Positions 16,512-30,034 of a DNA stretch of 64,000 nucleotides are shown piece by piece (within the stretch, counting starts at the first letter, position 1; every line of letters begins with the position of its first letter). The position numbers and the translations under genes were made by a program. Where the stretch lies: the NCBI RefSeq assembly GCF_009914755.1, contig NC_060936.1; one strand, given 5' to 3'. The notes below the pieces were generated by a model. It was given only the letters and a program-made list of their open reading frames with translations, made no database searches and was not told the DNA's origin. Source of the stretch: the human T2T-CHM13v2.0 reference genome, Homo sapiens.

Positions 16512-16955
16512 GAAGGCAACCAACACAAACAAACAAACCAAAAACTTCTTAATATTTTCCTACTGAGGAATTAATATTTTCCTATCTTACTATTTTCCTA
16601 CTGCTGAGTAGGAAGGAAATAGAAAATTTGATATTTATAGCTACCACAAGGCATATAATTCTACTGTATAATAAATCTAATAATTTATATTCATATCTCT
16701 TAACTATTTATAAGACAAGTGATATATGTATGTGTGTGTGCATGTGTGTGTATATATTTGTACACTTTTAATTTTGAGCTCTTTCATGGAAAGGATTTTT
16801 TAAACTCTTCTTTGTAATTACATATAATGTATATTATGTAAAGCTTCCACATTGTATAAGTTTATGTAAAATACTTAAGTATAGATTATTTTACATTAAT
16901 TTTATTTAACTAAAACATGTCAGTTTAACAGGTTCACATTTTTTTAAAGTAACTT

Positions 16956-17259
16956 TTTTTTTTTTTTTTTTTTTTTTTGAGTGGGAGTCTCACTTTGTCA
17001 CCCAGGCTGGAATACACTGGCATGACCTGGGCTTACTGCGACCTCTGTCTTTTGGGTTCAAGCAATCCTCTCGTCTCAGCCTCCTAAGCAGCTGGGACTA
17101 CAGCTGTGCACCATCCTGCTCTGCTAATTTTTGTATTTTTAGTAAACATCGGATTTCACTATGTTGGCCAGGCTGGTCTTGAACTTCTGACCTCGAGTGA
17201 TCTGTCCACCTGGCCTCCTAAAGTGCTGGGATTACAGGTGTGAGCCACCACACCCAGCT
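16956..17259 (-). mobile_element. Alu (Jb/Sz-like)
   Basis: Poly-T followed by an antisense dimer. TSD aaagtaactt at 16946-16955 and 17268-17277. Confidence 0.9.
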
Positions 17260-17288
17260 AGCCTTAAAAAGTAACTTCTAAGGCTTGC

Positions 17289-17352
<64 letters not shown>

Positions 17353-17421
17353 TTTCTTTCTTTCTTTCTTTCTTTCTGTCTCTCTCTCTCTCCTCTCTCT
17401 CTCTCTCTTTCTTTCTGTCTG

Positions 17422-17473
<52 letters not shown>

Positions 17474-17475
17474 TC
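17289..17475. repeat. Compound (TTTC)n/(TC)n polypyrimidine microsatellite
   Basis: Directly visible tandem repeats. Confidence 0.95.
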
Positions 17476-19704
17476 TGTTAGCCATGCACCTAAACATAGA
17501 TGAAAGGAAATCAGTTCATACGGGTATATTCGATATATTTCTTTGAAAAGTTATCTGTCTCACTGTTGGGCTTGACTGCATTCTCAAATGACTATAATTA
17601 TTCTATTCTCATATTTTTCTCCTGTAGAAAAGAAATCATGTTTGCATCAGTGCAGTTTGTATATAAAATAATTCACCACATTTATCAATTTAATTCCAAT
17701 TAGCTTTCCTTAACCTGTTAATATGATTCTTTATTACTATAAAAGATTTTAATTTACCATTCAAAAGGATTTTAAATATTTTAAAAAGCATTTTGAAGAA
17801 AGCAGCAATTCAAGCAGTTTCATACTTCATCTTAATAAGAGCACTAATTTAATGATTGAAAATAGAGTTGGTTCTATAATGAGGTCTCATGAGTACTTCA
17901 TTACATGATAAAGTAACACACAAAGGCAACCAATTCTTGCAAATTTAAAAGAGAACTATCTGAGAGAAAAGAATCAATGTAATAGATTATCCGTAGGTCA
18001 AGTATTATTAAGCAGAAATAATTGTTTAGTGGCTAACTTTTGTAAACATACCAAAGCTTTGTCTTTTAAAAACATATACATTGCATAATAAAAAGCAACA
18101 GGCCTTTAGTAAATGGATTTTTCTATTTAGTAAAAAGAGCCATGAAATAGACATTGCAACTGATTGTTTAAAATGCTTTGCACACAGGCACAGACACAAT
18201 CTCTCAGTCTCCTGTGAATTAGCAAACTGGTGAGTCACTTCTCTGTGTCTTTAACTTGGACATGTTTACAAAGTATTTACCATCCTACTGAACATAGTAT
18301 AAAACTCTAAAACTTAAGATAAAGCCATGTGGATGAACATAAGCACATCCATCCATTTTTAAATTCATATATATATATTTAACATAGATAACAATGCTAT
18401 GTATTATACAAGCAATGCATATATGATGTATGATCTAATATATAATTAAAATATTTATAAATAAATACATATATACTTATTTAATTATTTAAAAATTATG
18501 CTTGCTGAGTATCCAGTACAAACACAGATGCACAAAGGCATTGTCCTGGCTTGCCAGGAGGTGAAGGTCTCATGCAGATGTCAGACATATGAGCAAATAA
18601 ATAAACTAAAGTTTTTATAAATGCTATCAAAATGGTATGTGAAAGTGCTACAGGTAGGAGGAAGGGGAACTTAACATTTTTGAAGGGGGTTAAAAAAAAG
18701 GTCTCACAGAAGCACTGCTATTTATTTACCACATGGATAGTAACCTTTGAAAGAAAAAGGATAATGGTGCTCAAATGCACAAACTTATCATTTGCTAGAC
18801 CAAATAATTTACTATTTCTGAATCTTCACTTATTTCTATTTTTCTAAACTTTTAAAGTTTTGATTTTCTTCTTTTTTACCCTGAAATATATATATATAAT
18901 ATATTTGTAATTACTTGAGTCATTATCAATCATAGGATTTTATTTTTTTCCTTTATATTGCACAATAGATTTGTTTGCAAAACAATTCGAGAATAATACA
19001 TAAAAATTTGACTGAACGAATAACTTATGACTTTTAAAATTTCAGAAATTTGCATATAAAATCAATGACGTTTCTGTTTATTTTATAAATACCTGAACTA
19101 AAGTGGTGAGAGTGAGAATTTGGGACTAATAATAGAATAAAATCTATAGAGCCTGATGATTGAGTAGATGTGGGAATTGGCTAAAACAAGCCAATATAAG
19201 ATTAAATGTGTTTTAGCTCAGGGACCATTGATAATGGAAATACTTGCCATGGTAGGACACTTTGAAAAAGAGTCTGTTTCAGAGAGCAGAAATGGGAATG
19301 ATAAAAAATAGTTTTGAATATATTGCATTTGAGTATTTATAAAACATTATATTAATTTAATGTTACTAAAACTTAAAGATGAATTAGAACACTTATAACA
19401 GTTTTTTTTTTCTTTTTGGCTTAAATTCGTATAAATGTTTCCATGTATGAGGTTAATTGTAAGTTGATATGAAGAATAAATTTAAGATACCATGTTACCC
19501 TTCAACTTTTTTATAACTTAACAGGGGAAATAAAACTTACTCAAATATAACTAAACAGCCTTTTGAGAGGATGAATACCCTACTTTCTAAGTGATCATTT
19601 AGAGCAATGTCTTTCTCAAAGTCTTGTATGGGCTGATGGAGAATTCAAATTACTGTACTAAATAGAATTATACTTACCTTCTGATTTATGACCTTGTATG
19701 TTAA

Positions 19705-19815
19705 AAATCCTCAGTTTTACTATCTATAAAATATGCATAATGTTTTGCAAAATTATTGTGAGTAATAATTGGCTAAAATGTATGAAACGATCTAGTATAG
19801 TGTTTTGTACACGTT
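19705..19815 (+). mobile_element. MIR fragment
   Basis: cctcagttttactatctataaaat MIR core. Confidence 0.5.
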
Positions 19816-20179
19816 AGATTACTTCCTTCTCACACTTTGAATACATTCAAATCAAATGAGACATATAAATATCAGAATTTTTAAAGGATGATTGCTAAAA
19901 TGCACCTACAAACATAAATTATTAAATGATTCAATTTTTTTGACTGGCTATTATCAATGCAACATAAAAGTATATTTAAAAATCATCTATTTGACTAATT
20001 TAAAAATATAGCCAAATAAAATTGTACCTAGTAGCTATCTAGGACTTACCCACTTCTTCGTGAAATAAATTTAGAGGCTTAACTTATCTAATTTGGCAAG
20101 ACTAATATAAAAAATTCAATGGCAAATTGCCAAATCACAACAGTGTGTTATATTTAGTGATATAGCCCATTCTTTTAAA

Positions 20180-20277
20180 TTTTTTTAATGTATTTTTTAA
20201 ATCAACAGATAAAATTTTAGGTATTTATATTTCACAACATGATGTTTTGAAGTATATATTCATTGTGGAATGGCTAT
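20180..20277 (-). mobile_element. Short L1MA 3'-end fragment
   Basis: caacatgatgttttgaagtatatattcattgtggaatggcta, preceded by a T-rich tail. Confidence 0.65.
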
Positions 20278-22349
20278 TAAATCCAAATACAAGCTTAACA
20301 AAATGCTGGAAGAATGATTTAATATATTTACCATGGTTACAAAATAATTTTTCTGATATATTCTGTTGAAACATGTTATGAATTCTGTCACCTCTGCTTG
20401 GTTACAGTATTGACACTTCCTTGCTGTAAGAATATCTAATTTGTTTGCAGATAATTTATCAGAATTGGACTGGTTTACCTCTTTCACAAGTTGCTTTGGC
20501 AAATTAAAAAGTGTCCTGGCGTGGTCTCTGTTTGGCTTGAGTCACCGATGGGTATGTTGGCAATACTAAATTAGAGGCAGCCAGACCCTCTGAATCTTGT
20601 GGTTGGAAATGTACCAAGTAGTCTTTGGCACAGAGTTTCTCTTATTCAAGGGTGTTAGTTTTGGAAAACTAGAGAGCTGAGATAGAGGAACAGGAGAACT
20701 GAAATATATAGTGAAGGAAACATGCATTTCAGCCCAGGAGGACATACAAGGATTTAAGTTGATTGGCTACTCCTGGCTGTCTCCAGAAATTCTTTGAAGT
20801 ATGTGTTCAAATGCTTTCTGCATATTTGGAATAGAAGGATTACCTTAAATCTTAAAAGAAACATTGATAAACTTAGGAAAAAGTAGCTGTGCAGGGATGT
20901 CCATCTCCTATATATATGCAAACTACCTATACAGAACTCAAAACTTTGAATTTTGAATAATACTGCTCAGTCTTTATAATGATAATAAATATATTTTAAA
21001 ATCATTGAATTAACATTTATTTCCTTATTCCTTTTTCTCTAGAAGTAAGGAGATAAATACAGCCTAGAGATATAGATGAACTATGATTCATATCTCACCT
21101 CCATAGCTTACAAATTGCTTGGCCTGCATCAAGGCCTTTTCCTTTCAAAGCAGCTTTCTATCATATAAAAATGAGGATAATACTCTCGTAAGCAAGACGA
21201 AAGATAAGGATAATGTATTTAGAACATCAGGATCAACTTCAGAGGTCCTAATACTGAAAAGAATTTGTAGTTTTCAATCTTCATTCAAGTGTGTGGAGCA
21301 GGGAGAGAGAAAGAAAACTGAGATAACAAAAAAGGGAGAATAAGCTGCGTAAATAAAGAGAAGATGTATAATTTTAGACAACTTGTTTAGATGCATTCTA
21401 TAAAAGACACACAAGTACACACTTCTTTGAGAATTTTTTTCCTTTCTTACAAAAATCTATCTGTACATAATTTAAAACAGTAGACCTGGCAACCTGAAAA
21501 GGGTTAATTTAACAATCGTATAAGGAAAGAGGCATCCACTATATTCAAAATGAGCAAAGATGGCCTAGTTTCTTACATTTATCTCCAACATCCTCACCAC
21601 TGCTAAGCTTGCAAATGACAAATAAGGAAAAAGTCATAGCCTTATGTGATTTGACTCATCCCTGTTTTGAAATTGCACATATACCAATATTAAGAACAGT
21701 ATCTCTAGGACGTAGCTTTTCTACCAACATGTAACATTGATTTTTATGTTTTCAAAACTTTTCAAATTCCCCTGCATAGAATGCAGTGAATTCTATTACT
21801 TACAGAGACTTACATTAGTTACTCTAGTTTTCCTGTCAAGAAATTCTAAATCACTTTTAATATAATACAAAGACAAATACTTAAATGTTTAAATAACCGG
21901 TTCCATATAAAACAAAACAAAACTACTGCAAAACAAAACAAAACAAACAAAACCTCTACTAAAAGAATATAATGAGAGCCATTTTATTGTGCCTGGTATT
22001 TTAAATTATATAATATAAATATATACATATTATACATACAATTTCACTAAAAAAAAAAAAACAACTGTTATTTTTCTTGAAGGGAAAACAAAGGATATAT
22101 AAATTGCCAGAAAACGCACAGCTGGTAAGCAGTTTAGCTGTCAGGAATTACAATGTAGATGTAGATGTGTTCAATTCTAAACTTAGGACTCTTCCCTTAC
22201 ATCATTCTCATTCTAATTACCCCATATAAAAGACAAAATATAAATTGTTAAAAGGCAGAGTAAAAAATTATAAACAATTGAGGTATGGCCCAGGTTTTTC
22301 TCGAGAATTTTGTGAAAACTATTTATTATCTGTCAATAGAAATCATCAA

Positions 22350-22665
22350 GGAAGGGCATAGTGGCTTACATCTGTAAACCAAGCATTTTGGGAGGCCAAC
22401 GTGGGAGGATCACTTGAGCCCAGGAGTTTGAGACCAGCCTGAGCAGCATAGTGAGACCCCATCTCTACAAAAAATAATTGAAAAAAAAATTAGCCAGGCA
22501 TGGTAGTGTACGCCTGTAGTCCCAGATACTGGGGAAGTGGAGGTGAGAGGGTTGCCTGAGCCCAGAAGTTTGAGGCTGCAGTGAGCCATGATGGCGACAC
22601 TGCACTACAGCCTGGGCACCAGAGCAAGAACTTGTCTCAAAATAATAATAATAATAATAATAAAA
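22350..22665 (+). mobile_element. AluJ with (AAT)n tail
   Basis: ggaggatcacttgagcccaggagtttgagaccagcctg and gaggctgcagtgagccatgat are J-type. Confidence 0.9.
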
Positions 22666-22987
22666 GGCCGGGAGCGGTGGCTTACTCCTGTAATCCCATC
22701 ACTTTGGGAGGCCAAGGCGGGCGGATCACGAGGTCAGGAGATGGAGACCATCCTGGCTAACGCGGTGAAACCTCATCTCTACTAAAAATACAAAAAATTA
22801 GCCGGGCGTGGTGGCGGGCGCCTGTAGTCCCAGCTACTCAGGAGGCTGAGGCAGGAGAATGGCGTGAACCCAGGAGGTGGAGCTTGCTGTGAGCAGAGAT
22901 TGCGCCACTGTACTCCAGCCTGGGTGACAGTGTGAGACTTTGTCTCAAAAATAAAAATAAAAAATAATAATATTATAAAAATAAAAA
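22666..22987 (+). mobile_element. AluY inserted in the AluJ tail
   Basis: ggatcacgaggtcaggagatggagaccatcctggctaac and agaatggcgtgaaccc are Y-type. Confidence 0.9.
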
Positions 22988-23282
22988 GATACACTTGTAA
23001 TAAATAGTAATATCTACTTTTGAAGGTTGGCCAAAATTAATGCAATACAGCTTTCCTATAAAATGAAATAATATAATTGCCAATTCCCCATTTATTTTTT
23101 AATTATAGACTTATATTCAACCTCAAAACTTGAAAGAATGTTTATAATCACATTTTTTTAAATTTTTGTTGTTTAAGACTTTAACCTTAACTTTGAAGTT
23201 GAATTTAGGCTGCATTAATTATATAATTTAAATTCTCTAACTCAAAAGCCATGAATCTTAGATCTTTGGTCAACATTAGAAA

Positions 23283-24046
23283 TTTTTTTATTTGTATAAA
23301 TTTCAGCGGTACAAGTGTGGTTTTATTACATAAGTAATATAAATCCCATGTTTGTTATATATTGCATAGCAGTGAAGTCTGGGCTGAGATGGTTTGCCTT
23401 TGCGTTCCCATGCAAATCTCCTGTTGAATTGTGATCTTCAGTGTTAGAGGAGGGGCGGGTGGGAGGTGATTGGATCATGGGGGCAGATTTCTCCCTTGCT
23501 GTTCTCATGATAGTGAGTGAGTTCTCATGATATCTGATTGTTTAAAAGTGAGTAGCACTTCCCCTTTGCTCTCTTTCTCCTGCTTCACCATCGTAAGATG
23601 TGCATGGATTCCCTTTGCCTTCTGCCATGATTGTTAAGTTTCCTGAGCCTCTCAGCCATGCTTCGTGTACAGCCTACAGTTCTACAAATCAGTTAAAAGG
23701 TGTTTCTCCATAAATTACCCAGTCTCAGATAGTTCATTATAGCAGTGTGAGAAAGAACTAATACATGGGCTTTTAGTGTAAACATCACCCAAATAATGCA
23801 CACTGTACCCATTACATAATTTCTCATCCCTCACTCCCCTCTCACTCTCCTACCCTTCTGAGTCTCCAATGTCTGTTATTCCACACTCTACATACATATC
23901 CATACATTGTTTAGTTTCCACTGATAAGTGAGAATATGCGCTATTTGACTTTCTGTTTCTGAATTATTACACTTAAGGTAATGGCCTCCAATTCCATTCA
24001 TGTTGCCGCAAAAGACACGATTTCATTCCTTTTTATGGCTGAGTAG

Positions 24047-24077
<31 letters not shown>

Positions 24078-24392
24078 CACATTTCCTTTTTCTTATCATC
24101 TGTTAATAGACACTTAGCTCTATGCCATATAATAGTGCTGCAATAAACATACAAGCACAAGATTTTTTTTATATATAATAATTGATTTTACACTGGTTAG
24201 ATTCCCAGTAGTGGGATTGCTGGATCAAATGGTAGTTCCATTTTTAGTTCTTTGAGAACTCTTCATACTCTTTTCCCTAGAGGTTATAATAATTTACATT
24301 CCCACTAACAGTCTGTAATCATTCTTTTTTCTCCTCATCCTCATCAACAACTTTTTTTTTTGACTTTCGTAATAGCCATTCTGACTCGTATA
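23283..24392 (-). mobile_element. L1MA2/3-like 3' fragment, interrupted by an MST LTR
   Basis: gtgaagtctgggcttttagtgta...catcacc is collinear across the LTR. ORF2-end antisense sequence runs to aatagccattctgact. Confidence 0.8.
23385..23765 (+). mobile_element. MSTA/THE1D-like MaLR solo LTR
   Basis: tgagatggtttg...gaactaataca termini. Perfect TSD tgggc at 23380-23384 and 23766-23770. Confidence 0.9.
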
Positions 24393-25013
24393 AATTGTAG
24401 ATATAAGTATTGAGAGAACTCAGCACTCTTGACTTAGAACAAAAGAAAATGATAGTATAGAAGATTCTACCAAAAACTGTGTAGATTCTTAAAACCACAT
24501 CTCTTTTTAACTACATTATGGTAATATAGTTAAGATTCAGGTGAATTGTGAAGTGCTATAAGAAATGAAGCTAATTTGAGTAAATGATATTAAAATTTAT
24601 TCACTGAGAAACATTTTTATAATACTTATTTTGGACAAGGCACTTTTCTAGACACTTACGGTGGCCAGAAAAAAAAAATGACAACATCCCTGTCCTCATA
24701 GAAATTCCATTCAGTGATACCATTTTAGACAATAATCTCAATATTCAGCATTTTCCATCATAAATTTCTTACTTCCTATAGATAACAAATCTAGAATTTG
24801 ACACAAATTATTCAAAAATTATTTTTAAAGCTGGATAATTTCCATAGTTGTGGATGCCTTAACCTAAAGTTGTGTAGGTTTGTATAGAATTGTTTGCTTA
24901 GTGTCTAGCACTCTTAAAGTGTTTTTATACAAAAATTAAAAACAGAATTGTTTTTTCTATTTTACCTAATTTTGAAAAAAACTCCACACTTTTATTAAAG
25001 TTTATTCATAGAC

Positions 25014-25509
<496 letters not shown>

Positions 25510-25619
25510 TAGTCATAGACAATTTTAAAATTAGGATTTATTTGGAATAGGGTTAATATAAATATCTCACGAATGTTGTTATTAGTAGTGTAAATGAGTT
25601 TTTTAAAATAATGCAAGAT

Positions 25620-26009
25620 TTATATTTTGAACTGAATCATATTCCCTCAAAGTTTATTTGTTATGGCCTAACTCCCAATGTGACTGTTTTCAGACATAAG
25701 GCCTTTAAGGAGATAATTATGGTTAATGAGATCATAAGAATGGGAACTTAATCCAGTAGAACTGGTGTCCTTTAAAAAAAGAAAGAGATACCAATGATCT
25801 CTTGCCCAGAGGAAAAGCTACGTGAAGACACAGTCAGAAATTGGATATCTGCGTATGTACAAGCCAGAAAGAGGTTTCAGAAACCAACCCCGCCAGCATC
25901 TTAATCTTGGGGACTTCCAACTTCTAGAACTGAGAGAAAATACATTTCTGTTGTTTAATCCAAACCGGTCTGTAGTATTTTGTTACAGCAGCTGCAGCAG
26001 ACTAATATA
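25620..26009 (+). mobile_element. MLT1A/B solo LTR
   Basis: cccaatgtgactg...gcctttaaggagataatt...ggacttccaacttctagaactgagagaaaatacatttctgttgtttaa...gactaatata. Confidence 0.8.
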
Positions 26010-29000
26010 ATTTATAACAGACCTAGTAAGGACTGTGTTTTTATGTTATGTCCTCCTAAATTATCTCATAGCTTCATTACACCCTGTAAAGACATCAGTT
26101 ATAATTTTAAGAAAAATGATAATATATTCATAATTCAGAGAGCCAGAAAAGTGTGTGATTCCATCATCATTTTCACTTTTTCCACAAAACTGAGAACACT
26201 GGTTTGAGGATTCTGATGTCATAGTCATAATACATACAAATTAAATGCATAAAGACCGAAAGGCCATAAGAATTAAATGAAAAATTAAACCCAGAAGGAG
26301 TTACATAATTAAAGAAAGTTTGATTGACAAAGGGAAATACTTATTAGTATGAATGTCATATATTTACACAGTTTGATGTAATTAAAAAGTTATTTCACAT
26401 GCATCATTTCAATTATCTCTCACAACCCAGAAGAAGATCAGAACAGGAGGACAGAAAAATATTATGAACTCATAGAGCTTCTTATCCATCTTCCCTTCAA
26501 GAAAATGACCACAATTACAATTTTATTTTTATTTGTGTAATTCTTTGGTTATTGTTTGTCTCTCCCACTAGATTATAAGATCCATATTTGTTTTCTCTTT
26601 TCATTATATGTACAGTGCCTGATGTAGTTGTTTTGAACTTTTAAAAATTGAAGACTAAATGCACTTTCTACCTTGATCCTGAAGTTTTGTATTTTGGAGG
26701 ACCAACTAAAAAGCCTCACTCATTTTCTTTTTTTAAAAATGATAATAGGACCAAATTTCATATACCCTAATCATTTCTGTGAAAAAAATTTTTGGTACAC
26801 TTACAATCTCAAACAATATATAATATAAAGGAAATCAATTTAGTCTTCAAACTGGCAAGGAATAAATTAGTAGTACTGGCCGACTATTTCTTTTGGGCAT
26901 CAAGGACTGCTTACTATGGGTGGAAGACTTTATCAATCTTCCTTATAATACAGAAGGAAAAATTCACATGCCCTAAAACATTCATTGAGCTGATTCTACA
27001 GCTTAAATTTGAGGGCATTGTGGTGATAAGGTGACCAGAGTTAAGTACATGTATGTTAAGGTCTTGAACTTTTGGTCTGCCATGACTCCACCTCCACCTC
27101 CATTACCATATTCATCTACAATATTCCTGATGGTGCCTAACTGATTATCCAGTATATTCATTGCAATTAAATAATGCTATCGTTCCCCTAGTACGTAATT
27201 AGGAAGGGGAATTTGTTGCAACGATTCTTCCACCCAAAGACTGACAAGCCTGTCTTTAGAGAAGTTTCAACAGGAGATGGAAAAAGAGATATGGAGTGAT
27301 GCATGATTTCTGTGACTAGATTAGAAAGCCTTCTCTCATAATCAGTAAACTTAGCATGCAGACCACCAAAACATTCATTCCTTCCTTCATTACTCTTGTA
27401 TTTTCCTATGAATTGAGTATTGGGTTTAGCATAGAGAATACAAAATTGGCAAGCAAAAAGGGAATGTCATGTATTACTTCATAAAGTTTACAATTGAACC
27501 AGAAAAACAAAAACTGATCACATATGTGAAAAAGGTAATTAGAGGATTAGGGCTCCATCCTTGTGATCTCATTAACGCTAATTACCTCTCTTAGATGAGT
27601 GAAGTTAAAATCATGACAAGAGATAAAATAGAGGCAGAACATAGGCAAAAACTTTCATTAAATGAATTAATGAATGAATATCTCAGTAGGTAAAAGAAAA
27701 AAAAAAAGGAGGCTAGATTAGCTGGAACAAAGAGTAGCCCTGAAGGAAGCAAAGACTGATCACATAACACAGAGCCTAGCTAATCTTAATCTTAGAAAAA
27801 GAAAAAGACATTGAAGGTCAATGTCTTTGCTCATACCTGTTACTTAAAGGGTAAGGATTATTAGAGGAAGGAAAATATCAAATGCAGTTCTGAAAAACTA
27901 ACTCAAGCAATACAGAGAAAGGGAAATGATTGTAGGGAGCTTTGGACTGATATGGGAAACCATATCAGTTTCATATCAGTAATCATGCTCTTGGGATTAG
28001 ACAGATTTGGACCTTCTGATCAATGCATGATATAAACTTGGAAGAGTGGACATTTGTTAACTGCTAAAAAAATTCTTCTTTGTATTATCTTCCTTTACAT
28101 GGTTTCATCAAATGAAAGGCACCATTAGCTGCCAGGAATAACTCTATAAATACAGTCGCTAAATTATGGAGCTATTTCATGCACTATTTATCATTCAAAT
28201 ATGAGAAAACTAAGCTATCACAAATGTCTGCCTCTATTTGCTGGAAAACTGAGTTCAGTATATTGATTCCAAGATAATGAACAGCAATATTCCCTTGCTC
28301 TGACACCGAAATATCTATTCTTTATTTTTGTGTATTTTTTTCTTAACTTCTAAATTGAACAAATGTTTCAGTATTTCAAAAAGTAAAACATGAAAAATAT
28401 TAACACAATTAAAGTATAAGCACAACTATTTAGTAAATTCTTCCTGAAAATTAAATACTTTTAGAAATTAAATTCCTGTCTTGAAGGAAAAGTGAAATGC
28501 CATGCAGAAATGTGCAAATGTCATGAAAATTATATCTGGGTTAGATAAACCTCACAAAGCACAATTTTCTGGAATATGGAACAAATTAAAACCTTTTTTA
28601 TGTTTTAGTAAAAATATTTTATATTCAATAAAAAATAACAATAGTCAATAAAATACAGTTTCACTATGATAAAGTTAACTAAAAGGTATTATCATTTCAG
28701 TGTTTTGATGTTAAAGTTATCTGTTAAAGGAAGAAGAATATAATTTTGTATAACATTGCTATAGGGTTACACTATTTTTTATATATACTGTATATATGTG
28801 TATATGTATAATATAATGTAATATAATATAACATAATAATCTTTGGAAAAAAGCTCAGAATTTTTTAGGTACCCAAAATTTTCCCATTTTCTCTGTTGAT
28901 TTAGAGTTTATTACAAAATGTCCAAAGAAACATTCCAAGTAAAAAACCAGTATGCAACTTAAATTTCCATTTATTCATTCTTCTTGGGTCGTTAAGCAAA

Positions 29001-30034
29001 AATTCCCCAAATGTGACACAACTTTGCTCCCCTGCTTTGTCTACAACACTATAATTCCCCGTTACAGCAATTCTATGTTTACGATCATTCAACTTTCACT
29101 CCTGCTATATGGCAGGTAAATGTTACATGTTAGGAGAACAAAGAGAACTAAAACATTATTATTGAATTCTAAAAACTAAAAAAAGCAGCAGGTGAAGTCT
29201 AACAGATAAACAGCTGACAAAAATGCAATGTCGTAGATACTATGAACATTTATGCATAAAGTGCTTTGTGAACACAGATAATGTTGGTTGTATCTGTAGG
29301 TTTCTAACAAAAGAAATCTGCTAGAAATCTGTTAGAAATCTGTAGGTTTCTAACAAATGGTTGAATCTGTAGGTTTCTAACAAAAGAAATAGTAGAAATT
29401 GAGCTTTGAAAGATAAGTATATATTAACCAATGATGTCAGTAAAATATTTTTTCTTTTTTTTGGTTTCAGAAGAAAGCAAGAACAAAGCAAAGATGTCAA
29501 GAAATTAAATATGTTGGTGAGATTCTAACAATCTGTCTCAGTTGGTCAGGGGTTTCATTTTTCACTGAATATCCTAGGTTCGCTTTTAACTCCAAACTTC
29601 TGCTCAAACTTTTTTTTTTTCTGGGATACTATTTATTATCTTTGATAAATATCTGTGTCAAGGAAAACTACAATGGCTGAAAATATATCTTGGCCTGGGC
29701 TGGTGCCCTTTTGAAGACATCTCTTCTTGTCTGAGCTCAATTGCTCTATCTTTGAAGTTTTAAAGGAATAATCTTCTGTATTACTTACGTCAATCCTGTT
29801 CACATACAGCTGAGCTTATTCTCTGTATTCTCTCCTTAATTAGGTAGTAAACATTTTAACAGGAAATTTTCTCCAACAATGTTTTAATTTTGTTTATAAT
29901 ACTTTCCACAACTTTCAAAATAAATATTTATTGTATTGAACTGAATTAAATCTTCTTTGGTAATCAATAAGTTCACCCTTTGATTATGCCCCTCAATTGT
30001 AAGCTTCAGGCCCATCAAACAATGTATGTTTTGT

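Noticed and set aside
17264-17503. Low-complexity ORFs (ERK-rich and FLS-rich)
   Set aside because: Translations of the (TTTC)n/(TC)n microsatellite.
27183-27212. Inverted repeat ttcccct...aggggaa
   Set aside because: Only a 7-bp stem with a long loop, which is expected by chance in 64 kb.
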